Shown here: positions 28,076 to 37,259 of the stretch, piece by piece | Numbering within the stretch: the stretch's first letter is position 1 | Layout of the letters: every line of letters begins with the position of its first letter | Source of the DNA: an uncultured delta proteobacterium | GTDB lineage: Bacteria; Desulfobacterota; Deferrisomatia; Deferrisomatales; JACRMM01 | Direction of reading: 5' to 3' | Length of the DNA stretch: 64,000 bases | Assembly: GCA_963707045.1 (NCBI GenBank) | Contig: CAVPOV010000017.1 | Location: 14,871-78,870, forward strand | Program-made: the position numbers and the translations under genes | Notes under the pieces: generated by a model | The model's input: only the letters and a program-made list of their open reading frames with translations | Told to the model about the DNA's origin: nothing | Database searches by the model: none

Positions 28076-28175
28076 GGTGAACAGGGAACCGTGACCGTGA
28101 TCCGTGAACGAGAGAGTCGGCAGGTTCGCGCTGGTCCTTACCTGTTCACCCGTTCACCCGTCACTTCCGTTACTC
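28076..28175 (-). repeat. Inverted arrays of GTGAnC / GTyAC 7-9-nt units in the glyQ leader (overlapping the 3' end of the SDR gene)
   Basis: On the forward strand, GTGA-type units start at 28077, 28091, 28097 and 28104. The complementary CCGTyAC units lie at 28142..28173. GGTGAACAGG (28076..28085) is perfectly complementary to CCTGTTCACC (28141..28150). On the mRNA strand the 3' arm ends 4 nt before the glyQ AAGGAG. Confidence 0.5.
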
Positions 28176-28967
28176 CGACCACGTCCTCGCCGCCGTCGAC
28201 CCGCAGGATGCTGCCGTTGAGCCAGTAGCAGCTCGGGCTGGCTGAAGCAGGCGATGGCGCCGGCCACGTCCTCGGGCTCGGTGAGCCGGCCCATGGGGTT
28301 GCGGGCGCGGGCCATCTCCAGCATGTGGTCGTGCCCGGGGATCTGGCGCAGGGCCGGGGTGTCGGTGACGCCGGCCAGGATGGCGTTGGCGGTGATCTTC
28401 TGGGGGGCCAGTTCCAGGGCCAGCTGGCGGATGTGGCTCTCCAGGGCCGCCTTGGCCGCGGACACGGCGCCGTAGAACGGCCACACCACGTGGCCCCCGG
28501 AGCTGGTCATGGCGAACACCCGGCGAGTTGACCTCGAAGAACTTGCGCTGGACGAGGTCCTGGACCCAGTACACCAGGCTGTGGGCCATCACGTCCAGGG
28601 TCATCTGCATCTGGGCCTGGGTGAGGCACCTGTCCAGCCTCGCCGATGTAGGGCTTGAGGGTGCCGAACGCCAGGCTGTGCAGGAACACCCTCAGCTTCG
28701 GGCCCGTCGCCCATCTCGTCGCCCATGTCGTCCAGGACCAGCCGGCGGTTCTCGCGTCTGCTGCGTTGGTGTTGAAGTAGCAGACGCGGACACCCGTCGC
28801 CCGGAGTTCCTCGACCAGGTCGTTGACCATGGGGCATGGCTGGGTTTGCGGTCCAGGTGGACCCCGAAGATGTTCATCCCGCGGGCGGCCAGCGCCCGCG
28901 CCGTGGCCGCCCCGAAGCCGCTCGAGGCACCGAGGATCAGTGCCCAGCTTCCCTTCAGTTCCTGCAT
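28138..28967 (-). pseudogene. Short-chain dehydrogenase/reductase family oxidoreductase, about 4 frame changes as sequenced
   Basis: MQELKGSWALILGASSGFGAATARALAARGMNIFGVHLDRKP (ATG at 28967, ORF 28692..29054). It continues in ORF 28507..29043 (MVNDLVEELRATGVRVCYFNTNAAD...FLHSLAFGTLKPYIGE), ORF 28170..28610 (QMTLDVMAHSLVYWVQDLVQRKFF) and ORF 28154..28519 (YGAVSAAKAALESHIRQLALELAP..ITANAI). The frame-corrected C-terminus is NGSILRVDGGEDVV..., ending at the TAA at 28138. Confidence 0.7.
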
Positions 28968-29050
28968 CGCTTCGCTCCTTCCTCCGGACGCGTCCGCAGG
29001 TCGCACGGACCCGCCGGGGACGCGCCGTTTTCCTCCATCGCAAAGGGGCG

Positions 29051-29812
29051 TCAAGGTATCAGAGTTGCCGGAAAAGGGTCAACGCCGGGCGCTCCCGGGA
29101 GCCCGTCCAGGGAGCGGGGCCGATGGCCGAGGGCCGAGGCGAGGGCGGACTCCAGGAGCGGGCCGATCTCCGCCTCCACCGCATCGGTCACCCGGATGGT
29201 CCCGAGCCGGTCCGCGGCCAGGTCGCCGGCCGAGCGGAGCGTCCGCAGCGCTCCCAGCCCGATCCGGGCGGCCGTGGGCCCGGCGCACCGGGGGCAGAGG
29301 AGCGCCGCGTCGCGGTGGGAGGCGTCCTGTTCGTGGGGCACGCCGCAATCGGTGCACGACTCCGCCGGGAGCCGGTACCCCAGGGCGGCGAGGGCGCGGG
29401 CCTGGAAGACCCGGGCCAGGCTGGCGGCGTCGGCGCCGCGCTCCAGGGCGGCGAAGGCGCCCTCCACCAGGGCGAAGACCTCCGGGTCCGGGTTCCCCTC
29501 GCGGGTGCCGAGCAGGGCGACCTCCAGCACGTGGCTGGCCACCCGGTACGAGTCCACCGACTCCCGGGGAGCGCGGTACGGGCGGAGAAGGTCGACGCCC
29601 ACGAGCCGCCCCAGCCCCGAGCGCCCGGGGCGGACCTCCGCCTCCACAAGGTGGAAGTAGTCCAGGACGCCGCCGAACCGGCGCCGGGAGCGGCGCGCGC
29701 CCCGGGCCAGCGCCGCGACCCGCCCCCACCGAGCGGTGAGCAGCGCCACCACGAGGTCCGACTCCCCGTAGGGGGTCGCCCGGAGCAGGAAGGCCTCGGT
29801 GCGCTCGGTCAT
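29051..29812 (-). CDS. recO: DNA repair protein RecO
   Basis: C-terminal 253 aa of track ORF 29051..30607 (MTERTEAFLLRATPYGESDLVVALLTARWGRVAALARGARRS..RRFGGVLDYF; Cys4 cluster CTDCG...CPRC). There is an ATGA overlap with the nth stop. Confidence 0.85.
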   Translation of the reverse strand: MTERTEAFLLRATPYGESDLVVALLTARWGRVAALARGARRSRRRFGGVLDYFHLVEAEVRPGRSGLGRLVGVDLLRPYRAPRESVDSYRVASHVLEVALLGTREGNPDPEVFALVEGAFAALERGADAASLARVFQARALAALGYRLPAESCTDCGVPHEQDASHRDAALLCPRCAGPTAARIGLGALRTLRSAGDLAADRLGTIRVTDAVEAEIGPLLESALASALGHRPRSLDGLPGAPGVDPFPATLIP

Positions 29813-30459
29813 GTGCGGGCCTTGCCGGGCCAGGGACACAGCGGGTTCACGGGGCAGTCGGGGCACCGGGGGCGGCGGGCGGAGCAGGTCTCCCGGCCGT
29901 GGCGGATCAGGAGCAGGTGGGCCTCGACCCACTGCCCGGGAGGCAGCAGGGCGGTCACCCGGCGCTCCACCTCCGGGGGCTGCCGTCCGGACGCAAAACC
30001 CAGCCGCTCGCAGACCCGCCCCACGTGGGTGTCCACCGCGAAGGCGGGGACACCGAAGGCCTGGCCCAGTACGACCGACGCGGTCTTCCGCCCGACTCCG
30101 GGCAGCGCCTCCAGGGGCTCCCGCTCCGCCGGGACCTCCCCCCCGTGGCGCGCCACCAGGAGGCGGGCCAACCCGACCAGGTTGCGGGCCTTGGTGCGGA
30201 ACAGGCCCACGCTGCGGATCAGGGGTTCGACCTCGGCCGGCTCGGCCGCCGCCATTTCGAAGGCCGTGGGGAAGCGCTCGAACAGCCCGGGGGTTTCCCG
30301 GTTGACCCGATCGTCCGTGCACTGGGCCGAGAGCACGGTCGCCGCCAACAGCTCCCAGGGAGTCGCGTGGTCGAGACCGGGCCGCACCCCGGGGTAGCGG
30401 CGCCGGAGTTCGCCCAGCACCGCACCCAACCGCTCCGCCTCGGACCGTCGTCGTGGCAT
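29809..30459 (-). CDS. nth: Endonuclease III
   Basis: Track ORF 29809..30459: LLAATVLSAQCTD..VN, HhH LPGVGRKTASVVL, DTHVGRV, and the FeS cluster C-x6-C-x2-C-x5-C (CSARRPRCPDCPVNPLC). Confidence 0.9.
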   Translation of the reverse strand: MPRRRSEAERLGAVLGELRRRYPGVRPGLDHATPWELLAATVLSAQCTDDRVNRETPGLFERFPTAFEMAAAEPAEVEPLIRSVGLFRTKARNLVGLARLLVARHGGEVPAEREPLEALPGVGRKTASVVLGQAFGVPAFAVDTHVGRVCERLGFASGRQPPEVERRVTALLPPGQWVEAHLLLIRHGRETCSARRPRCPDCPVNPLCPWPGKART

Positions 30460-30521
30460 GGCGGCCCGAGACTACCAGAACCGCCCGGAGCGTTGAAGCG
30501 GCGTCGGCGCCGCGCCCCGCC

Positions 30522-30550
30522 TTGACACCGGTGGGGGCAGCGTTTAGATT
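30522..30550 (+). promoter_or_regulatory. Near-consensus sigma-70 promoter
   Basis: TTGACA-N17-TAGATT, about 70 nt upstream of the ATG at 30619, in the nth/30619 divergent spacer. Confidence 0.5.
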
Positions 30551-30618
30551 CGGCCCTCCCCGGTTGGGTCGGGGAAGGCCGAATTGCCGCCGAAAACCGA
30601 GCCACAAGGAGACTCCCC

Positions 30619-31173
30619 ATGCCGACGCAGGGAGACAACCTGCTCCGAAAGACGCAGCGGGGCCTGTACATCCTCGCCTTCGAGACGACGAAGCAGAGCC
30701 GCATCCTCAAGAAGCGCATGCGCACCGCGGCCCTGCAGAAGGAGATCAAGGCGGACCTCCGGGACCTCGGGAACCTCGTCTACAACGCGGTGATCAACGA
30801 GCAGCCCGGCATCCTGGGCGAGGAGGAGGTCCGCATCCTCGTGGAGAACGTGCGCCAGAACAAGGAAGAGGTGGACCGGTTGCGCGACGCCATCGCCCGC
30901 CTGAGCCGCGCGCGCAAGCACTTCGCCGAGGGGGAGGAGGAAGAGGTCTGGAGCGAGGGCCCGGTGCCCCACGGGGAGGAGCCGCCGCTCGCGGAACCGG
31001 GACCGTCCGAGGCCAAGCCGGCAGCGGCCCGCCCCGAGAAGAAGGAGCCGCCGGCTGCCTCCCAGGACACGACGCCCCGGAAGGCTCCCCGCAAGAAGGA
31101 AGAGAAGGAGCCCACGGCCTCCCCGGCACCCGGGACGAAGCCGACCGAAACGAAGCCGGCGCCGGAGGACTGA
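30619..31173 (+). CDS. Hypothetical protein: helical/coiled N-terminal half, Pro/Glu/Lys-rich tail (184 aa)
   Basis: Track ORF 30619..31173 has natural, charged composition unlike the GC-artefact ORFs. It is bracketed by a consensus-like promoter and a strong terminator. Confidence 0.6.
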   Translation: MPTQGDNLLRKTQRGLYILAFETTKQSRILKKRMRTAALQKEIKADLRDLGNLVYNAVINEQPGILGEEEVRILVENVRQNKEEVDRLRDAIARLSRARKHFAEGEEEEVWSEGPVPHGEEPPLAEPGPSEAKPAAARPEKKEPPAASQDTTPRKAPRKKEEKEPTASPAPGTKPTETKPAPED

Positions 31174-31202
31174 ACCGCCCCCGGGGCGCGAAAAGGCAGG
31201 CG

Positions 31203-31231
31203 CGGGCGACCTTCGGGTCGCCCGTTTTTTT
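31203..31231 (+). terminator. Rho-independent terminator
   Basis: GGGCGACC-ttcg-GGTCGCCC followed by GTTTTTTTT, 30 nt after the stop at 31173. Confidence 0.8.
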
Positions 31232-31243
31232 TCGTCGGTCGCC

Positions 31244-31274
31244 CTTGACACGACCACAACCCGTAGCGGTATGA
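31244..31274 (+). promoter_or_regulatory. Candidate sigma-70 promoter of the ribonucleotide reductase gene
   Basis: TTGACA-N19-TATGAT. The spacer is longer than optimal. It lies about 45 nt upstream of the ATG at 31318. Confidence 0.35.
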
Positions 31275-31317
31275 TCACGCCTCCCACACAAAATATCGTA
31301 GCCTTTCGGAGGGTCCC

Positions 31318-33567
31318 ATGCCCGAGTCCGCCGCCCGCGTCATCCCCATGGAGCGAGAACCCGCCTTCTCCCCCAACGCCGTCACGGTGTTGGAGAAGCG
31401 GTACCTGACGAAGGACGCGAGCGGGCGCCCGACGGAAACCCCCCGAGAACTCCTGGCGCGGGTGGCCCGGGCGGTCGCCGAGGCCGACCGGCTCTACGAC
31501 CCGGACGCGGACGTGGACCGGACGGCCGCCGAGTTCTACGACCTCATGGCGCGCCTCGAGTTCATGCCCAACTCCCCCACCCTGATGAACGCCGGCCGGG
31601 AGCTGGGGCAGCTCTCCGCCTGCTTCGTCCTCCCGGTGGACGACAGCATGGAGAGCATCTTCGAGGCGGTGAAGAACACGGCCCTGATCCACAAGTCCGG
31701 CGGCGGCACCGGCTTCACCTTCTCCCGCATCCGGCCCGCGCAACGACCCCGTGCGCTCCACCGAGCGGGGTGTCCTCCGGCCCCATCTGCTTCATGAAGG
31801 TCTTCGACACCGCCACCGAGATGATCAAGCAGGGGGGCACCCGCCGCGGGGCCAACATGGGCATCCTCCGCGTCGACCACCCGGACATCGAGCAATTCAT
31901 CACCGTCAAGAACGACACCACGCGTGCTCACCAACTTCAACCTCTCGGTGGGCCTCACCGAGCGACTTCATGGAGGCGGTGGAGGCGGACGAGGAGTACG
32001 CCCTGGTCAACCCCCGAGACGGCAGGGAGGTCGGGAAGCCTGCGCGCGCGCCGAGGTCTTCGACCTCATCGTCGAGAGGCCTGGGCCACCGGCGAGCCCG
32101 GCATCGTCTTCCTCGACGGCATGAACCGCGACAACCCGACCCCGACCTGGGGCACATCGAGGCCACCAACCCCTGCGGCGAGCAGCCCCTGCTGCCCTAC
32201 GAGTCCTGCAACCTGGGCTCCGTCAACCTGGCCCGGATGGCGCGCGACGGCGAGATCGACTGGGACCGGCCTGCGCCGCATGGTCCGCACGGCCGTGCAC
32301 TTCCTGGACAACGTCATCGACGTCAACCGCTACCCCCTGCCGGCAGATCGCGGCAGATGACCCGGAGCAACCGCAAGATCGGCCTGGGGGTCATGGGCTT
32401 GGCCGATCTGCTCTTCCAGCTGGGCATCCCCTACAACTCCGAGGAGGCCGTGGACGTGGCCGAGCAGGTGATGGCCTTCATGGACAGGACGCCCGGCACG
32501 GCCTCCGCGGAGCTGGCCGACGAGCGGGGCGACGTTCCCCACCTTCGCCGGGTCAGTGATACGACGGCACCGGCGCCGGGCCCGATGCGCAACGCCACCC
32601 TCACCACCATCGCCCCCACCGGCACCATCAGCATCATCGCCGGCTGCTCCTCGCGGCATCGAGCCCCTGTTCTCGTCTCCTTCGTGCGCCGGGTGCTGGA
32701 CGGCACCGAGACTGGTGGAGGTCCACCCCGTACTTCGAGGAACTGGCCCGGAGCCGGGGCTTCTACCTCCGAGACCTCATGCAGAAGATCGCCAGACCGG
32801 CTCCATCCGGGACTGCCAGGAAATGCCCGAGGACGTGCGCCGCGTCTTCGTCACCGCCCACGACGTCTCGCCCCGGTGGCACATCCGCATGCAGGCGGCC
32901 TTCCAGAAACACACCGACAACGCGGTGTCCAAGACCGTGAACTTCCCCCGCTCAGGCCAGCGCGCGACGACGTCGGCCGAGGTGTATCTGGCATGGCCTA
33001 TCGAGCTGGGCTGCAAGGGGGTCACCATCTACCGGGACGGCAGCCGGGAGGACCAGGTCCTCTCCACCCCGGCCAAGGCCGAGCAAGCCGCAGCCGCCGC
33101 CCGCCGAGACGCCCAAGCCGGCCAAGCGCGAGCGGCCCCGGGTGCTCAAGGGGAAGACCTACCAGATGCAGACCGGCTGCGGCCCCCTCTACGTCACCAT
33201 CAACGAGGACGACCGGGGGCTCTTCGAGGTCTTCACCACGATGGGCAAGGCCGGGGGCTGCGCGGCGAGCCAGTGCGAGGCCATCGGCCGGCTCGTCTCC
33301 CTGGCCTGGCGCTCCGGCCTCAACCCGGGCCCGGTGGTGAAGCAGCTGAAGGGGATCTCGTGCCACAAGCCCTCGGGCTTTGGCGGCAACCGCGTGCTGT
33401 CCTGCGCCGACGCCCTGGCGATGGCGGTGCGCACCCACCTCGACCCCGAAGGCGAACTGGAGAAGCACGTCTCGGTGGGCGGTGCGTGCCCCGAGTGCGG
33501 GGATGCCGTGGAGCACGAGGAGGGCTGCGTTCTGTGCCGCAGCTGCGGCTACTCGGAGTGCGGGTGA
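31318..33567 (+). pseudogene. nrdJ: Class II (adenosylcobalamin-dependent) ribonucleotide reductase, roughly 10 frame changes as sequenced
   Basis: The N-terminus is in ORF 31318..31797 ([14 protein letters not shown]...[12 protein letters not shown]...[35 protein letters not shown]). It continues in ORFs 31770, 31751, 31924 and 32556 ([19 protein letters not shown]; KIGLGVMGLADLL; TIAPTGTISIIAGCSS). The C-terminus is in ORF 33142..33567 (TGCGPLYVTINEDDRGLFEVFTTMGKAGGCA...CPECGDAVEHEEGCVLCRSCGYSEC). Confidence 0.9.
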
Positions 33568-33589
33568 CGGGCGGGCGGCGGACTCCGGG

Positions 33590-34606
33590 CTAGCGGCCCT
33601 CAGCCCTCCCGAAGCCGATCAGCACGGGGCCGAGCTCGGCCTCGAGCAGCCGCGCCACCTGGTCGGCCGCCCGCTGACGGACCAGCTCCGACTGCTGGGC
33701 GGAGGCCTTCACGTCCCAGCGGTGGGCTCCCCGCACCGCTCCCCCCCGATCGCGCAGAGTGACCTCGAGGGTTCCCCGCAACCAGCGCCACCCGGCTTCG
33801 CCCGGGTGCTCCGTGACCGTGAGGCCGGCGTCGAGCCGGTACTCCGCGGCGTCTCCGGCCTCCGGATCGAAGCCGCCGGCCGAGAGGGCGGCCCCGACGG
33901 CCCGCTCCAGCCCCCCGAGGGGGTCCGCCACCGCCGCCGGGGCGATCCGCACCCGGCGCAGGAGCTCGATGCGGTCGGCCTCCAGCCGGGCCAGGTCGTA
34001 GGATGGGGGAGCGCCGACGCCGGAAGGGTCGAGCACCGCCAGGAGCCCCTGGAGCCCCGCCCGCTCCCGCTGGACCTCCACCGCGCGGGTGGCCGCGCCC
34101 ACGCGGAACAGCAGGTCGTCGCCGCCGCGGGCCTGCTCCAGCGCCTCCCGGGTCGCGGCGTCCAACTGGGCCGCCCTCTGGCGCAGGGAACCGGAGGCCT
34201 GCAGCCGGTCGAGGACCGCCAGCGCGTGGTGCTCCCCGCCCTCGGGCTCCTCCCAGGACTCGGCGATCCGGGCCCCCTCGAGCACCTGGTCGGTCCGCGC
34301 GAGGACCGACCGGGAGACTTCGGACTCGAGGCGGGCCGCCTCGGCCCCCTCCTCGCTGCGGGCGGACCGCACCACGACGTCCCGGCTCTCCTCCGACACG
34401 CTCACGCGGAAGTTCTTGCCCAGGTCCGCCCGGGCGCGGTCCCGGGCCACCGCAGGGCTCTCGCCCTGGCCGCGGCCGAGGAGGTACCGAGTGGCGGGGT
34501 ACTTCCCGCTGTTCCCTCCGATCCAGTCGGGCTTCTCGGGGGCGCCCGCGCACCCGAAGGCGAGGGCGGCCAGGAGTACGGCTGCGCACGGAACGGTTCT
34601 CGGCAT
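33590..34606 (-). CDS. LPP20-family lipoprotein (338 aa)
   Basis: Track ORF 33590..34699. The real start is MPRTVPCAAVLLAALAFGC (lipobox; ATG at 34606). It has an LPP20-like core: PDWIGGNSGKYPATRYLLGRGQGESPAVARDRARADLGKNFRVSV. Confidence 0.75.
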   Translation of the reverse strand: MPRTVPCAAVLLAALAFGCAGAPEKPDWIGGNSGKYPATRYLLGRGQGESPAVARDRARADLGKNFRVSVSEESRDVVVRSARSEEGAEAARLESEVSRSVLARTDQVLEGARIAESWEEPEGGEHHALAVLDRLQASGSLRQRAAQLDAATREALEQARGGDDLLFRVGAATRAVEVQRERAGLQGLLAVLDPSGVGAPPSYDLARLEADRIELLRRVRIAPAAVADPLGGLERAVGAALSAGGFDPEAGDAAEYRLDAGLTVTEHPGEAGWRWLRGTLEVTLRDRGGAVRGAHRWDVKASAQQSELVRQRAADQVARLLEAELGPVLIGFGRAEGR

Positions 34607-34620
34607 GGCGAACACCTCGC

Positions 34621-35923
34621 TCACGGGGCTACCCAATGATAGGAGAGGTAGGTCCTCCGGCCCGCCTCGACGACGACCCCGGAGAATTCCCGCCGGCACA
34701 GCACCCCGTCCCCCGAGCCGAGGACCTCCACGGCGACCGTGTGGCGCCCGGGGGAAAGCGGGAGGCGCGCCATCTGGATCTCCGCCGGCAGGGAGAGCCA
34801 GCTCCGGGTGTCGGCCCGCTCGGTCAGGACCGCGGCCAGGTTCAGGAGCGCCCCCACGGCCGGGTTCTCGTCCCGGGCCCTCCTCGCCACCGCGTACTTG
34901 ACCACGGCCCGCGCCGCCGCCCTGGCGGTGATCACCGGCAGCAGGGCCTCGTGGTTCGCCAGCGCGATCGCCTCGATGTCCTCGACCACTTCGGTCTCGC
35001 CCCGCTGCCCCTCCGAGGAGACGAGCGCCCGCCTCGCGACCTCCCGCCGGGCCTCGTAGCGCGGCAGCGCCAGGGTCACCACGACTCCGGAGGACGGGTC
35101 CAGGTACGGCAGGATCTGCTCCCGCTTCACCGGGGCCAGCCCTCGATGGAACAGGAAGACGACCTCTCCCCGGCCGTCCTCCAGCGGCGAGACGCCGGGG
35201 CCGTCGAGCCCGAACTCCCGCCGGTACCGCTCCGCCTCGTCCTCGAGGCCGAGCCGCTCCGCCGCCCGCACCAGGTCCCCGTGAAGCGAGGCCGGCACGG
35301 CCAGGGGGTAGCGCTCCGCGTGGCCCCGGTAGGCCTGGTAGGCCTTCCGGTAGAGATCATCGCGTCGCTCCACTCGCCGCGCTCCTCGAAGATCAAGCCC
35401 CGCCAGGTAGCGCGCGAAGGGGTCGGTGCTGAACGAGCTCTCCGGGGCCCGCTCCGCGCAGCTCCCGCAGCCGCAGGTCCACCTGCAGGGCTTCCACCCG
35501 GGCCGCCTCCGGATCGCCCATCTCCAGGTAGTTCAGGGCCTCGTACAGGTGGATCAGCACCTGCTCGAGGGCTGCCCCTTCGTAGCTGCGGCCCTCGTCG
35601 TTGAGCAGGAAGGACGCCGCCTGCTCACGCAGGCTGAGCGCCGACACCGGTCCACGAGGGCCTTGGCCAGCCTCGAACTCGCCGTTGCTCTCCCGGTAGT
35701 CACCCGTCCATGCGCAGCAGCATCGCCCGGTTGAGGAGGTAGAGAACGCGATCCTTCGCCGGGTGCCGCTGCTCGTCGAGCACCTCCAGGGCTTCCGCCG
35801 GGCGCTGGCCCGCCAGGCAGCGCTCCAGGGGCGAAGGACCCGCTGTAGGTCGCGCAGCCGGTCGCAGCGCCCCACAGCCCGAGCACCAACCACGCCGGCG
35901 CCCCGTGCGCGAAGCGACCTCAT
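34621..35923 (-). pseudogene. Helical-repeat lipoprotein of unknown function, about 4 frame changes as sequenced
   Basis: Start MRSLRARGA at 35923. A frame hop gives the lipobox WLVLGLWGAATGCATYSG (ORF 35554..35889). It then continues LERCLAGQRPAEALEVLDEQ..LLNRAMLLRMDG (ORF 35700..36440), DYRESNGEFE...ALNYLEMGDPEAARVEALQ (ORF 35393..35923), and an intact C-terminal 250 aa (ORF 34621..35373). Confidence 0.6.
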
Positions 35924-35947
35924 GCACGGCCCCGCCGGCGACCCGGC

Positions 35948-36563
35948 TCAGTACCGCAGTTTGCTGCGTTCGACGAGTTTCTTGATCTTCTTCTGACCCA
36001 CCCACACCTTGCGGTTGTCCGCCAGACTGATCAGGTTCAGGTCCACCTGGTAGTAGCGCACCTGGTCCTTGTCGGCGGCGTCGATGATGGTGTTGATCGA
36101 GCCCTTGAGCATGTAGTCGGCGCCGCCTCTCCTGCCCCATCGCCTTGCGGGTGTCCTCCCGGGCGTGCAGGTCCTGGTCCTTGCGCTCTCGTCGCGGATC
36201 TCGCCCCGTCTCGTTCCGGGACGCCACGAACTCGACCTGTCCCGAGTTGATCATCGCCCGCTCGATGTCGGCGACGAAGGTGTTCAGGTTGATGTGTTCG
36301 TGGCTGAGGTTCCTCATCTCGCCCACGATCACGCGGGGCGGCCGCCCGGTGTCGGCCCGGTACTGCGCGATCCAGAGGCCTGCTCGAGCATGTCGCCGAT
36401 CATCTCCTCGGACACCAGGCGGGAGTCGGTGTCGTTCCACGCACCGCTCAGATCCTTGACCTCACCCGTCGTCCATGCGGGTGACCTTGGTGGCGCACCC
36501 CGCGATGCAAAGGCCCAAGAGGGCGGCCACCAGGGCGGAACGGCGGACCACGCAAAGCCGCAT
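35948..36563 (-). pseudogene. LpoB-like (penicillin-binding-protein activator family) lipoprotein, 3-4 frame changes as sequenced
   Basis: My reverse-strand reading gives AGGAGG-N7-ATG at 36563, MRLCVVRRSALVAALLGLCIAGCATKV (lipobox). It then continues EVKDLSGAWNDTDSRLVSEEMIGDML, WIAQYRADTGRPPRVIVGEMRNLSHEHINLNTFVADIERAMINSGQVEFVA (ORF 35700..36440) and a C-terminus ..YYQVDLNLISLADNRKVWVGQKKIKKLVERSKLRY, with the stop at 35948. Confidence 0.65.
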
Positions 36564-37130
36564 CACTTCCCCTCCTTGCTCAGGCGGTCGAACAGGTTGT
36601 CGCCGTGGGCCTCGATGTACTGCCGGAGGTCGTGGTTCATGTCCTCCACGGCCCCGGTCGCGCTCTGATCTGCTTGAGGTCGAGCTCGGCGAGCGAGTAG
36701 ACCGCCTTGCTCCGGGGGTCCTTCCAGTGGGCGATGATCTTCGCCCCGCTCAGGTTCACCTTGGTCAGGGCCTGGATCTGCTGGGTCACGGACTGCTCGT
36801 TGGCGCGCCCCCCCCGGACCCGACGGCGGCCGTGTAGTCGGTGCTGACCACGTCCAGGTAGGAGGTCAGGATCCCGCGCCAGCTCCGCCCGGGCACGGGT
36901 GTCGGCGGTGGAGATCTGGAGCGACTCGTCCCCCATCGCCGGGGCCTGCCCGACGCCGTGGAAGAGGCGCCCCCGCGGTCGTTCAGCATCTGGGTACCCT
37001 CGTTGACCCAGTCCGGGGCCCCCTTCACCCCGAGGTCGCTCTCCACGAGCGTCTTGCCCGAGCAGCCCCCGAACAGGACCAGGGCCGCCAGTCCGACCAG
37101 CGCCACAAGAACCCTCTCGCCCCTCTTCAT
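36563..37130 (-). pseudogene. LPP20/FlgP-like lipoprotein, about 4 frame changes as sequenced
   Basis: MKRGERVLVALVGLAALVLFGGCSGK (ORF 36786..37130) alternates with ORF 36637..37137 (LFHGVGQAPAMGDESLQISTADTRARAELAR; ANEQSVTQQIQALTKVNLSGAKIIAHWKDPRSKAVYSLAEL). The stop overlaps the next ATG by 1 nt (TGATG). Confidence 0.65.
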
Positions 37131-37259
37131 GGTCCACCTCCCGTCGTCGTCTCCGGTGCTGTCGGCCCGAGCTAGGCCGCCGCTCTCAAGCCGCCAGGAT
37201 AGCAGGAGCCTCTTCGGCCTGTCGACGCCGCCACACGAGTCGCCCCGGCGACGACCGGG

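Noticed and set aside
28059-28137. A T-box leader in front of glyQS.
   Set aside because: The spacer is about 80 nt, whereas T-boxes need about 200 nt or more. I saw no T-box consensus (AANNNGGGTGGNACCGCG).
28985-28996. A perfect 12-bp palindrome, CGGACGCGTCCG, just upstream of the SDR gene RBS.
   Set aside because: Short GC palindromes are frequent in this base composition. I saw no second copy or partner site. It also lies in an indel-rich segment, so it is not worth a finding on its own.
31232-31317. A cobalamin riboswitch in front of the B12-dependent ribonucleotide reductase.
   Set aside because: Only about 45 nt lie between the likely -10 and the ATG, which is far too short for a B12 element. 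No conserved B12-box-like sequence is visible.
33540-33600. A stem, CGGAGT...ACTCCG, between the convergent nrdJ and LPP20 genes, considered as a terminator.
   Set aside because: It is only a 6-bp stem with a 22-nt loop and no U tract on either strand.
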